A stretch of 50,406 bases of DNA, counting the filler, from Basidioascus undulatus (taxonomy: Eukaryota): the NCBI GenBank assembly GCA_000826855.1. It is 3 parts of 3 records of this genome, joined end to end, with 100 filler letters (N's around TTAATTAATTAA, not from the genome) between each part and the next. Parts side by side here need not be neighbours in the genome. Positions count along the whole stretch, not along the records: positions 1 to 16,763 come from JTLS01000571.1; positions 16,864 to 33,608 come from JTLS01000572.1; 1 more part is not named here. One strand, given 5' to 3'. The translations under genes were made by a program, and so were the position numbers. How positions within the stretch are numbered: the stretch's first letter is position 1; the number at the start of each line of letters is the position of its first letter. This document shows positions 12,092 through 23,933 of the stretch, one piece after another. A model generated the notes under the pieces. The model had not been told where the DNA came from. It did no database searches and worked only from the letters and a program-made list of their open reading frames with translations.

Positions 12092-14426
12092 CTTGCTTGT
12101 TGATCCGTGGGAATGGTCGATCACAATTTTTAGAACGTCTTCGCTTCACCTGAACGGAAACTTTGCGAAGCTCTCACGAACTTTTTCGGAAGCAAGTTGC
12201 GGCCGCTGCGCGAAAGTAATGTCTAGTAAAACCGGTAGCCCTCCTGGGAGACCCGGATATTATGAGCAGTGAAAAGAGAGTGAAGCCGGCCGTGAAAAGA
12301 AGAGCTGGAGGCGCAACGCACGCGCCGAGGATGCGAAGGTGACTTTAATTTTTCGACGCCCGATCGACGGGCGGCGCGACGTGGGGAAGGCGGGAGTCGA
12401 GGAAGTCGAAACTGCCTCAACTCTCGGTGGTGCGGCCGCTAGTTGCACACCAAACAGGAAGATGCTTCTCAAGGTGAAAATAGAACACGTCCTTTGGTGC
12501 GAGTACACGGCGACACAGAAACTTGAGTCCAAGCTCTCACGGAATGATGTGGTGAAAGGGATTCAGCAAAAGATATGGATCAGGAGGAGGGCGGAGTGGC
12601 ATTCTCCGTCCGTGAGCCCGAAGGTCGCCCACATCGCCCGCCCAACGCCCGCCCGCCCGCATCCCCACACGCCGGCATTTGCTCCGTCGGCCGGAACATG
12701 CCCGAATGTCTAGACTGTTTTGAGCTGTTGCTTGCTTCAGGCTTCGGCCTCAGGGTCTGCTCGGCACGGCGTCGGCCCAACGACTTGTGCATGGCGGCCA
12801 TGTTGATCAGGAAAACTTGAGGAAACGGTAGGCCGAAGGGAAGCTCGGAGACGAGTTGTCTTCGTAGTCTTGTGGAGGAGCACTGCGGACTTCACTGTTG
12901 CACACGGGACTACTGTAAAGTGCTCCGGATGTAAGGAAGACAGTACCCAGTGCATCTTGCAGTGTGGGTGCCCACGCGGATGGGCGATTGGCTGTCGTGT
13001 TTACGTTGAAACCCTGCGAATAACTCTCGTCGGCACAGATGAGTGCGCCCGTTGACTTCCAGTATGCCCAAGAAAAAAACCACCCTCTGGTGTTGGTAAG
13101 CTACCTACCATCCGCTGTGGTCGGAAGGCACTTCAGTCGACCCCGTGGTTGTGGCCTTATGACACCTTGACTTGACTAAATTCAACTAGCCTCACACAGT
13201 CTTCGAGTGGACCGGCTAGAACTCAGATCGCCTATTAAGGCAGCTCGGCAGGTATCAGCCCGCACTTGCTGGCAGTCACCGTGAGTGTGTTCTTGACGCT
13301 GACAGTGAGCCCAGTCGCTGGCGATAGGTATACACACGTCCAGACTTTCAGTGCATGATGATCTTAACAATGTTTGGAAGATTTCTCAACCACATCAGTT
13401 TAGAGCGTGTTTAAGTATGCCAGAGGATTCGAGCGGACCTGCAAGAAATTAGAATCTCTGAGAAACGCCTCTTGACTTTGGATGGATTCGGTAAGACGGG
13501 GTGATGACGGAAAGGCTATCCCTCCTTGAACACACCGCCCTTACGTACAGTTTATTGGGGATACTGAGTGCCCTGTGTCCGCGTATTCGTCCTGTCATCC
13601 TGGACAGCGTGCTTCTGCTTCGTCGAGCTGAGATCCCTGCCCTGGAAAGTGATAATGATACCTTCCCTAGTAAATACTGACTTCCAATTATATTACTGAC
13701 TTCCAATTATACAGCTAATATGAAAGATGCAATTCGACTCATCAAAAGCAGATTCCGAAGAGATGATGAGATTGGTGAGATTGGCAATCACTACTCTTAA
13801 CGCGGGTCATTTTTGGCAAAGCTCTCCCGGTCCTCGGCTTTCAGAAGGAGGCTTCATTGAGGAAGACGAATGTAAAGAGACTCCTAATCAGGAACTAATA
13901 GGCAAGCTAGCTAGCGAGACTTGCGCCGGACAAGTTGCGGATGCCAAAACAAGCCAAACTCGGCTCAAGCCAGCCTCGTTGATGCTTGCTGTCCGCCCGC
14001 CATCTCGGTCCAAATCGCATACGGCTCTCAAAGCAACTCTCTGCCCTGATTGACTGACTATCGCCTCACAGAATTGAACCGAATTCTGTTCGAAAGCCAT
14101 TTCGCATTCTCGATCGATGCGTCTGTCTACGTGCGCGAACGCCTTTTTCGCGAGTGCGGCGGGAGCGACGCATCACGCCGAAACAGGTCTCTGTTGGCGG
14201 ACTCGCCTCCCCATCATGGGCGCCCGACCCGGCTGACCGCCTTCGTCCTGGTTGACCACACCTTTCTCGGTCGCTCAACTGGGTTTCTATCGGCCAATCG
14301 CGGAGCCAGCTGCATTCGCCGCTGACTGGCCTGTATCGCATCTCTTATCGTCTCCTTGCAGATCGTCCTCTCGTCCACATTAATAATACACATCCATCGC
14401 CCACCCACCATCTACACGTACCACGA

Positions 14427-16236
14427 ATGCGCACTCATATCCCATATTCGTCCTCACCATGCATTCCCCTCGCCGATCCGACCCCTCGGTCGATTGTCCG
14501 CTCAGCCCCAGACGACTGGCTCGTCGCTTGTCCCCGATCCCTCCGCCAACCGCCCAACACGCCCGCGCTGGTCGCGACGTGCACCGAGGCGTTCACTGCG
14601 CCCGAGCCGAGCCTCATCACCGAGCGCTTGAGGCGCAAGGCTATGCTCGACAACGCCGCTGCGGCGTATACGATGCGGAGGAGGGCTGGTGCGGGATGGT
14701 CGGAGGAGGAGTTGGCTCGGAGAGAGCCCGCGGCCGGGTGCGATTGGCATTTAGCACTCCAGGAGCGCTCGGCTGTGCTCGACATGGCGCGACTCTGTCC
14801 CACGTTCGAAGACGACAATTCGCTCCCTTCGTCCCCTCGCTCCGCTTCGCCATCACCGAGGGGCGGTCCCCCGTCTTCCACTGCGGTCGAGGTCGTGACG
14901 GGGACGCACGCCGACGAGGATCAGCAGGCCCCGACCCGCCCACTTCTGCGGCGACAGCCGTCCACCGCATCTCGCCCACCGAGCGTGTGGCTGGCCGAGC
15001 TCTCGTCGTGGCAGCCGCCACAGCAGATTCTCGCGCACGGTCCGGAGTCTGCAGCGCAGGCCTCGGGGAACACCATTCTCTCGCTCTTTCGCTTCTCTTT
15101 CGTCGCGGACGTTGCACCCGAACCGTCGCTCGACGCCCTCCAACTCTTCAGCAGCTCCGCCCCCGTGCCCTCGGCCTTCCCGGTCACGCCTCTGTTCCGG
15201 CGGCCCAGCGCCGACGACATTCGCCAAGTCTCCTGGCCTCGTCATCTTCCCCCTCCCATACCAGCTCCTCCTCCTCATGGCCCGCCGCGCGGACGCCCGA
15301 CCTCTGCCCCTATTTTCGTCCGCGCCGTACCCACGCGTCCGCCCATCCGCCGCACGACGTCGACGCCCGCCCTCTGTGTGCCGAAGTCCTCGGAGGCGCT
15401 GCATGTCGTCACGGCGCATGTACAGGGCGTCTTCCTCGCGTATGACGCCGAGAGCGCGCGGGCGCGCATCTCGGCTGAGCGGCCGCTGTTGGAGCGCCTG
15501 CGGCGGAGAATGTCGGACAACAACCCTGCGCAGTCAATATACGACGCAATCGAAGCGGAGTAAGTCTTCTACAATCACATTCCTGCCTCTTCTACCTTTA
15601 CACGTTCGATGTGTTGACACTCTTTTCCCTCTGCCGTTTAGTCTCCTCTACCCTACCTCCCTCACTCAGCGCCTGCGCAACGTCTACACCGTCTACTCCC
15701 CCCTCATCAACGACGCCCGCCGCGCCTCGCGCTGGGCGTCCGAGGCGCTCCTCCCGCAAGCGCAAGCCGCCTATCTCGCTGCCCACCCTCTCCCGCCGCG
15801 CCCCGTCCCATGGCTGGCCCAGCGCATGCGCACGCGCAGCATCCCGTCCCGGTGCGGGCACTGCCTGCAGCTGCACGCGGGCGGGACCTACTTCTGCCAA
15901 GCGTCCATCGCCGCGCGCGCTGAGCGCGCCCAGGCGAGGGAGCGCGTCCTCAGCGCACGATGGGAGAAGCTGCATCGGGATTTGAGTGGGCTGGGCGAGG
16001 GACGGTGGGATGCGCTGGGCGGTGCGAGGGGCGTGTGGGACGTGGAGGAGGGCAGCGCGGCGCAGCTTGACGGGCTCATGGGCGCGTGTGAGAGGGAGCG
16101 GATAGATGCGAGGCGAGAGGTGGTGATGTGGGAGTGGATGTTTGTGTGGCTGAGGAGGAGGTTCGAGGAGGGGCAGCTGAGGGACGGACGGACGAGAAGG
16201 AGCTCGGTACCGTCGTTGGGCATGGCGCAGTCTTGA
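14427..16236 (+). CDS. Hypothetical protein (~575 aa), Pro/Ser-rich centre, C-terminal CxxCxxxHxxxxxxC motif and helical tail
   Basis: Long GC-rich ORF 14427-15559, intron 15560-15641 (GTAAGT...GTTGAC...TTTAG), and in-frame exon 15642-16236 containing RCGHCLQLHAGGTYFC. Confidence 0.7.
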
Positions 16237-16763
16237 TGTCTCCTCATGCTGCTCGAGTTTCACACACTATCAAAGCATACCCTCACTTCGTTATTGTAAT
16301 AGTGTAATGTGTTGTTCTTTGACATTGCACGACGATATTTGCATTGCCTGCAAGGTTGGTTGCCGCTGCGCTTCACGCCTTGCCACGTCCACTCGTCCAG
16401 ACACGGTCACTTTCCGCGCATTGTGGGCGCGCTGAAAGTCAGAAACCGATTCCCCCTTCGTTCCTCAGGGGAATCGCAAATAGTTTGCAACGACTCTGCG
16501 ACAGAACATTAATCCATGTACGATTACGAAGACGCGCGCGGCCATGCGACTTTCAATCGCAGCGAAAGCCCAGCACACGCAGCAGCCTCCGCACCCAGCA
16601 AGCCTAACAGCATGCGTGCTTTTGCAATTTAATCCGTGGTCGCATACAAATACAGGGATTCCTAATTACCACGCCGCAGGGGCGGACCAAGTGTATATAG
16701 CTACATTGCGATGAGGTGAGGTTTTGAAGTGGCTACTGCGAAAGACCCGTAACACGGGGGAAA

Positions 16764-16863
16764 NNNNNNNNNNNNNNNNNNNNNNNNNNNNNNNNNNNNN
16801 NNNNNNNTTAATTAATTAANNNNNNNNNNNNNNNNNNNNNNNNNNNNNNNNNNNNNNNNNNNN
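16764..16863. other. Assembly spacer (44 N + TTAATTAATTAA + 44 N)
   Basis: Exactly 100 bp. The central 12-mer gives stop codons in all six frames, and the structure is identical at 33609-33708. Confidence 0.97.
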
Positions 16864-17346
16864 AAGCAGCACGGCGGGCGTCGAGGAGCCGCCTAAAGGA
16901 GATTGCTTAGTCTAAGTGATATCCCTTAATGATGCAAACACTACAAAAATGGGACAATTTGTATATTCTATAGGGTGCAGGATACGGGATAATTTAGTAA
17001 TGGAACAACTTGGTATTAACAGGTGAAATAAAAATCCATCAGGTGACCCAAATGACTTCCAAGCTTCCCCAGCACTGGAGAGGCTGCGTTCATGACGCGT
17101 CTGCGACGCATCCATCCAACTTGACGGTCCTCGAGACGCACAATCTGCGCGTATTGTACTTCCTAAAAGCATAACTCCCCCGTTTTGTGTTCTCTCTCGG
17201 CTACCGTACTGGTCCTCCTCCTACAGCGTCCAGCATGAATCCCGTCATCCTCACCCCCGCAGTCTCCTGCCCGCACCCCTCCTGTGCAAATGTAGACCGA
17301 CCTCCCCGATGCCTGAAGGTTTCCCGCCGCGCTCCCTATACCCGCC

Positions 17347-20300
17347 ATGCCGAAGCCGACAGTCGCCCAGAGGAATTTCGGCATATCCATCGGCACGTCC
17401 ACCCTGCTCGTCTTGAGGCTACTCAGCGTTCTGAAGAGTAAGAAGAGACTGGCAGATGGCCACCTATGATCAGCGGCCTCCTCGTCCCTCTCTCGCTCTT
17501 TCTCAAGATCGGCGGGTTGGCAGGGCGGTGGTATGTCCGCATCGAGAGGACGAATGGAAAGGCACCGACTGTCGTCGAGTCGGAGCCGAATCCTGTTTGT
17601 GCGTGCCGACTGTTTGAACAGGATGGATTGCGTTGAGCGACCTGATGAGACTTCGACTCGACAGTCTTGACAGCGTTACTTGGCGTCGCGCTAGGATGCG
17701 GAGTCGTGGCCAACGCCAGCCTTGCCATGCGCTTCTTTGAGAAGCGCCCGAAGCTGGCAACGCAGTTTGCGATGCTTGCCTTCACAGTGAGTAGTACGTG
17801 ACTGTTCAAATGCATGCGCTCAGGAACACATACTAATCCATTTGTTTCCAGTTATTGTCGACGTGGTCGCCGTAGGTCCCCTCCTGCCTTCGGCATGTAA
17901 TGAAACGACGTGCACACCGGCACAAACACTGCATTCGCTGTGCAGTTAACCTTGTTCAGCCACTACCGTAAACAATCTGGCGGGTGGTCGTACGGATCGG
18001 TATGCTGCTTCACCAACATTTACGGCCTGTGACCTTCACCTGCTGCTCTCCCAGCCATTCGGGTTGACAATCGCAACGACCTGTCTAGCGTGCGCTTTCA
18101 TCCACCCAATCCTCCGTTGCCGCTTCACACTATCGACGCTGACACTTTACCTTTCTAGAGGCCTCGCTCTCGCCCCCCTCGTATTCGACTACTGGCGCTA
18201 CGAAGATCTCGACAAAGTCGGTACGCACGCCGTCCACATCCCCGGCTCTCTCCAGAGAGTCAGAGTCTCCTGATTTGGGGGGGTGGGGGAGTTGGCCTTG
18301 ACCAGGGTCCGGCATCACACTTCACCAGCGCTCCGTCGTCGTGCTCTTCATAGTCGTGCTCTGTTACATTTCACTCGGCGGCTTCTGCTTCTCCCGCCTT
18401 CTGGACATCACCTTTGTCGAGGGCGTTTATTGTAAGCCTTACCTTTGGATCGTTGTGTACGCGGGCAATGTTCATTGGAAAGTGAAGATGACAGGGATTG
18501 AGCTTCTTATTCTCGTCGTGAGTGCGGCTGTGTTTAGGAGTACCGATAGGAAATCTCACGCAAAGAAGTCTCTAGGTTGGCTTCAGCGTGGTCCCGACGA
18601 AGTGGTACGTCAAGTTACTCAGCCTGTTCTATATCGGTGTGCGTGGCTGCGTACCTTTACTTGGGTCTTGCAACCGCTAAGGCAAGAGACGGGACTCTAC
18701 AGGGCGGTGTCGTGCTTGTCGGTTAGTCTTTCTACGGATCTGTATCAGGAGCGCACATTTTGCTCACAGGTCCCCGAGCAGTCCTCTTCGCCATCAACAT
18801 CCGAGAGACCCTCCTCGAGCGGCTTTCCCGACAGTGCGTCCCCTCTCCCAGCCCCTCCGTCTGAAATCCCTCACCCCGCCACCCCGCAGTCTCCTCCGCA
18901 CCCGCTCAGAGGCCCTCACGCACTACCGAGTCCACTATTCCGGACAAGATCAGCAGTTTGCGCGCCCTCATGAGGTCCATGGGGACCTTCCTCGCCCAAC
19001 GGACAACAGGGACGAGGGACATGCCGAGCAGCTTACGATGGAGCTGAAGGACCTCGCTAGTGAGGCGGAGAGCTGGGAGAAGTACACGAACGAAATCGAG
19101 AAGCAGCAGCAGAAACAGTCTTTGGCGAGAGTAAGTGAGATGATTATCCTGTGAAGCACGGCCATCGCCATCCGGGTGAATTGAAGGAGGACAGCAGTTG
19201 GCGATTTGTGCGGCACTGATGATGTCGTTCTGGCTGGTACCGTATCTTCTCATAGATCAGGTATGCTTAACGCTGATCAACCTACAGGTAGGGGCCGGCG
19301 TACTGTCGAGAATGGAAAAATGGCCCTTCTTCGATGCGTTTGTGAGTCACCCCTGAGCATCCCATCCAAAATCTGCGCTCTGACAATCCCAACCGCAACG
19401 CAGTACTTCTCTTTCACCTTCTTTCTCACCATAGGGTAGTGTCAAGTTTTCCGGAGAATTACCCTTCAAACATCAACATCACTGATAGATACCTGCGAAA
19501 ACAGCTTCCAGCGCGACCCGCAGACGTTCCAGGGCAAGCTGTTCGTGATTTTCTGGGCGTTGCTGGGCGTGCCAACATTAAGCAAGTCGTTTTCACTCTC
19601 CTCCTTCCTCTTCTCTTCTGCCGAGTCTAATAGACTCCGCGTACGTCAACCATAAGCCATTCTCATTACTCGCACGTTGCTTGCTTCCTTCGTCTTGCGC
19701 CTTCAAGCCGAGCTAATGTACACCACTCACTTCGGTCGCAGTCCTCGCTGATGTCTGGCATAAGAAGTACAAGCATGCTCTGCGTGATGAGACTTTCGTC
19801 CGCGCTATTGAGCGCATCGATGAGGAGAGCAAAAATACGCTGCAGCAGATGGAGGAGGGTGAGCGCAGTGCGAGCCAAGATCCAAGCGAGCGTTTGATGG
19901 CGATAGCAAAACATCTGCATAAGGCGAGCTTAAGCCTTTCCTTTCCATCTACATGATGTTGCCGAAGTTGACATATTGAGAATTGTATTTCACAGCACAT
20001 TCAAGTGAGAGGACGTTCCACATAGCTGCTTTACCTCTGACATGCCTATCGGAAACCTTCTACGCAGTTTCTCGTCGTCCACGGCCCCGAAGGTGGTCCA
20101 CCGGAGGCTTTAGAGGAGCTCCTTAACCACGTAAGCGGGGACGTCCTCTCGCAAGAGACGAAGGTGAGCATTCTGGACGACGAAGAAACCCGCCGAGTAA
20201 GTCCTTCTCTCCTTTCCGGACAAACTGTTTCCTCTCCATTGGCGTGCTCAACTTGATGTAATAGCGTCTCTTCGCCCTTTCTTATGAGAGTACGGCGCAC

Positions 20301-20558
20301 ATAGTCATTTCGAATTCGTGAGCATGAACAATAGCGTTGAGCTGACTGGATATGCAATCGATTATAGGAACCCTCGCGGCATTGGCGGAGGCTGTCCAGC
20401 AGACGTTGAAAATTCAGGGGAATGATCAGAGACGGGCTCGGACGAGACAGCTGTCGAGCCGTGAGAGCCGAAGGAAAAGTAGGAGGGGCGAGAGTGTCGG
20501 GAGAAAGGGGAGGTTTGAGCGTTATGTCCCTGCCGCAGCGGTTGCAATTGACGAATAG
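17347..20558 (+). CDS. TOK1: TOK-type (8-TM, two-pore-domain) outward-rectifier K+ channel homologue with non-canonical pore loops; many short exons, start uncertain
   Basis: Spliced peptides: PPMISGLLVPLSLFLKIGGLAGRWYVRIE...PNPVFLTALLGVALGCGVVANASLAMRFFEKRPKLAT; GSGITLHQRSVVVLFIVVLCYISLGGFCFSRLLDITFVEGVYWIELLILVVGFSVVPTKWYVKLLSLFYIGGGVVLV; INIRETLLE; FWLVGAGVLSRMEKWPFFDAFYFSFTFFLTIGFQRDPQTFQGKLFVIFWALLGVPTL; VLADVWHKKYKHALRDETFVRAI; ILDDEETRRRLFALSYERTL...IDE*. These match the remembered basidiomycete TOK architecture. Confidence 0.85.
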
Positions 20559-21149
20559 GCAACACCGAGTACCGACTGTGGTCGCTGCGTTGCGGAAGTA
20601 GCAGTGAAGTCTTATGCTGCGCTCTGCGTCGTGCTCCCAAGGACTTGAAAGCGAGAAGACAGCTTCCACAAAACCAGAACAAAAACCTGCCCTGCAGGTG
20701 AGACTCTTTAACACTTTTCGTCATACATATATAGTCTCTCAGCATTTTTTCGTCATCAGCACTACTTCCTCTTCCTCAAGTACCTTTTCGCTACCCCCAT
20801 CCAGGGTCAGACCGGGCCCTAAGCAGAGTAAGACTTGCGAAGTATGCGGTTTGTCCCCAATCGCCGGCGAGCAACTAGCAGCGAGCACGCAACGCAGGAT
20901 CTCTGTCGGCTTCCACTGTCAATTTATGATATAATTGTACAACGCTCAATTTCCACTCTCCCGCGCGCCCCAAGCGTGGCTCAGACCCTTCATAAATGTG
21001 TGCACAACGCGCAGTCAGCCCCACAATGCCCCAAGGCGAATCGGTCAGAAACGGGTTATGCACTACTTATAAGATCGAAGCTCAGGCTGGAACGCGGTTC
21101 CCTAGAGTTCGGCCGGGAGACGTAGGTAGGACCAAGTCAAAACCCGCAG

Positions 21150-21967
21150 ACGCACCTTTTTCGCCTCTTGCAGCTTGCGCACAGCCTTGTTCATGTCGTC
21201 CTGGGTGATGTACTCGCGGTCGGCGCCGATGGCGTTCATGCCCGCGCCTCGGTGCAGACTTTGCGAAGGTCCGCACCGCTGAAGTTCTCCGAGAGCTGGC
21301 AGCCCACACAGGCTATCAACAAACGCACTATATGAAGAGCAGTGAAGGGGAAAGTAAACTCACCCTTGCGATCGCCTCCAGATCGAGCTCGCATTCCTTC
21401 TGCGTACGCTGGCATGGATCTTCAGGATCTGTTGTCCGATCGTCAGACATCCCATAAGCAAATGACCGCTATGAGCAATGACTAAAGCAACTGGATACGC
21501 ACCTCTGCAATCGAGCCAACTCATTCGGCAGCGGGATCTCGATCTTCCTATCCAACCGTCCAGGGCGGAGCAGCGCGGGGCCGAGCGTGTCCCGCCGGGT
21601 CGTGGCCATGATAACCTTGATCTTGCCGAGGTAGTCGAACCCGTCCAGTTGGTTGATGAGCTGTTCTCAGCCGTTTCAACTATTGCGTCAGGCAGAGCAA
21701 AGAGACATGAGAGGACGAGGGAAGGGGAAGAGGAGGGAGCGGCCGTACCTCCATGAGCGTGCGCTGGATCTCACGGTCCGCGGAGGTACTGTACCCTCGC
21801 TGAAACGCCGCCCGCCACTGGCATCGATCTCGTCCATGCAGATGATGCACGGCTCGTGGTCTTTCGCATAGCCGAACATTTCCTGGTCTCTGAGTACGAG
21901 AGATGCAATCTGACAAAAGGAGAAAACGAAGGCGTACGCGGACGAGACGGGCAGATTCACCAATATA
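21150..21967 (-). pseudogene. RPT4: 5'-truncated, intron-retaining fragment of 26S proteasome AAA ATPase Rpt4 (subunit 10B)
   Basis: [134 protein letters not shown]. There is a 5-bp duplication frameshift at ~21786-21794 and further frameshifts. Walker A and the N-terminal half are absent. Confidence 0.9.
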
Positions 21968-22093
21968 CTGAAAGAGTACAGGCTGCCGCCGGCTCTTGTT
22001 CTCGACTCCCATCATCGCCAGCTCCCGCAACCCTTCGCCTCCTTCACGCTATACCTTCGCCTCTTCTTCATCCATATCTTGATTCAGACCGAC

Positions 22094-23037
22094 ATGTCTT
22101 CGGGACAAAAGCGCAGCTTACAGCGGACTCGCCCGACTCCTCCCCCCGCTCTCCTGCGCCACGAAGCGCAGCAAGCTCGACGATGCCCTGGTCGCGGTCG
22201 TGTACAAGGGCTCGTCCAAGGCGATTATTCGCTCGAAACTGGCGGTGAACTACGAGGCTGGTCTATCTACTCTCAAGATGAGCCTCTTCAAGGCCTGCGG
22301 CGCTGATGCGGAGGACTCGACTCGGCAGACTGCTCGCGCGCTCCTCGTCGGGCGCTTCCCCGACATCCCGAAGCAGCTGGCCAACCACGTTCAGCTGACC
22401 GCGCCAGTCGGGTCGCGCATGTGCGAGCTCGATCCCGAGGACTGGGACTCGCTCTACCCGATCCTTGAGGAGATCACCCTCGCTCTGTCGCCTGCGGTCC
22501 TCGAGGAGCACGCTCGGCGTTCGACCGCGCATCCACTCGCTCTACGGCAGCCGCATACCTCGTTCCCGTCCTCCACGGCTCTCTCAAACGCCACAGTCAA
22601 GTCCGAGGCCGACACGTACGTATGCTGGACTTTGAATCGCGGACTCGGAGGCGGTTGCTCAACGATGCTCTCCTTAGACCGCTGCGTATACAAATTCCGT
22701 ACCAATTGAGACTTGAGGTGCAGTTGATCGAGACGATGGATTTACAGCGGTGAACTACGGCACGCCTTGTCTCTAATCAAACTCGCTGCTAGGCTAACCA
22801 CCTAATCCCGCCGCACATCCAGACATTTCGTCGACCATGCTCCTCCAGAAGCTCTTCAACCACTTTGAGGAAGACGTCCGTCAGAAGGTCCTGGGAAGGC
22901 TGAAGGATCGCAAGCTCAATCAGTTCCATCACCTGCGTTTCCTCCTCTACGGGCAGCGACTCTCGAGGGACGAGACACTGGGGAGCTTGCAGATGAAGGA
23001 CGGGGACGTGATCGACGCTTTCTTTGGGCAGGAATGA
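22094..23037 (+). pseudogene. Protein with C-terminal SUMO-like (Rad60-SLD/ubiquitin-like) domain; apparently frameshifted
   Basis: C-terminal exon LLQKLFNHF...LRFLLYGQRLSRDETLGSLQMKDGDVIDAFFGQE* follows the SUMO-like pattern LRFL.DG.R...TP..L.MEDGD.ID. The ATG at 22094 is out of frame with ORF 22200-22709, with the break in a C-run at ~22142-22147. Confidence 0.6.
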
Positions 23038-23933
23038 TCGAGAACAAGAGGTGCGACTGGAGGGAATCGAGAGCGACGAGGGAGCTATGGCGGACGCGAC
23101 GAAGTTTCGGGCGCTTGTGGGGTGGCATGAAGATGGGCGTGTGAGATGTCAAAGAACTTGTGAGACCGCATCGTACCAACAATTGTTTCTTTTGGTGCTC
23201 TTGTCTCCCGAAGAATGAAGCACTTTTTTACCTCTCCCTTTCGAAGTGGGTAGAGCTATCGGTCCGGCCCGGCGTAGCTCCGGAATGCAACGCCGTTGCA
23301 TGCTTGACTGGCTGATTGGCTGACTGCACTGTGTCATCTTCAATCATTATGCTGCCACACCCCTAGAACTGGTAGCTCTGCCCCTGTTAGGTGAAAAAAA
23401 TCAATGGAAAGTCTGCCGAGATCAAGCGTGAATCGGACCTTTACAGATGTCGGCCTGGGAGCTTGCGAGGCAGAAAGTGGGCGGCTTCTTCGGTTCCCCC
23501 TTGTCCAGTCAGAGGGAATAGAGTTCGACAAGTTAGTTGAGACTTGGCCTTGGTTAACTACAGTATCCCAGAAGATTCCACGTCACCTCGAACTGCACGT
23601 TACTGCCGCGTTGAGGTCAACACCACGCAGTCAGCTTACAGCCAGAGATGAGGATCACTCCGCGATGAAGCCAACCATTAACTACTCAAAAAACGACGTA
23701 GGGCGACAAAAATTTCAGCCAGGCGCCATACCAGAGTCTTTGAATTTCATGCGGACGCGAATGCGAATGCGAATGCGGGAACGAAAGTACAAGCGAATGC
23801 GAGAATGGACAGCACGCGAATGAACGCGAAACTGTTTAACATATAACGACGAAGGTCAAAGTCATGCGTGGAAACTGGTGTAGAAAATGCGTTCAGTGTT
23901 CGACAGGGTTCCAATGTTTTGCGTGGCGGGCGA

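Noticed and set aside
12200..14400. Numerous short ORFs in the 12-14 kb interval
   Set aside because: No consistent codon bias, splice pattern or motif recognised. Treated as intergenic.
16764..16863. Palindromic TTAATTAATTAA inside N-runs (also 33609-33708)
   Set aside because: Artificial six-frame-stop contig linker, not biology. True distance and adjacency across it are unknown.
17235..17700. TOK gene as a pseudogene (TAA at 17439-17441, apparent frameshifts)
   Set aside because: Downstream breaks resolve with ordinary introns. The TAA can be bypassed by a later start or a GC-AG intron from ATG 17347, so only the start is uncertain.
23755..23830. GCGAAT repeats giving MRMRMR / AFAFA ORF ends
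   Set aside because: Small microsatellite downstream of WSS1. The ORF extensions over it are unspliced read-through artefacts.
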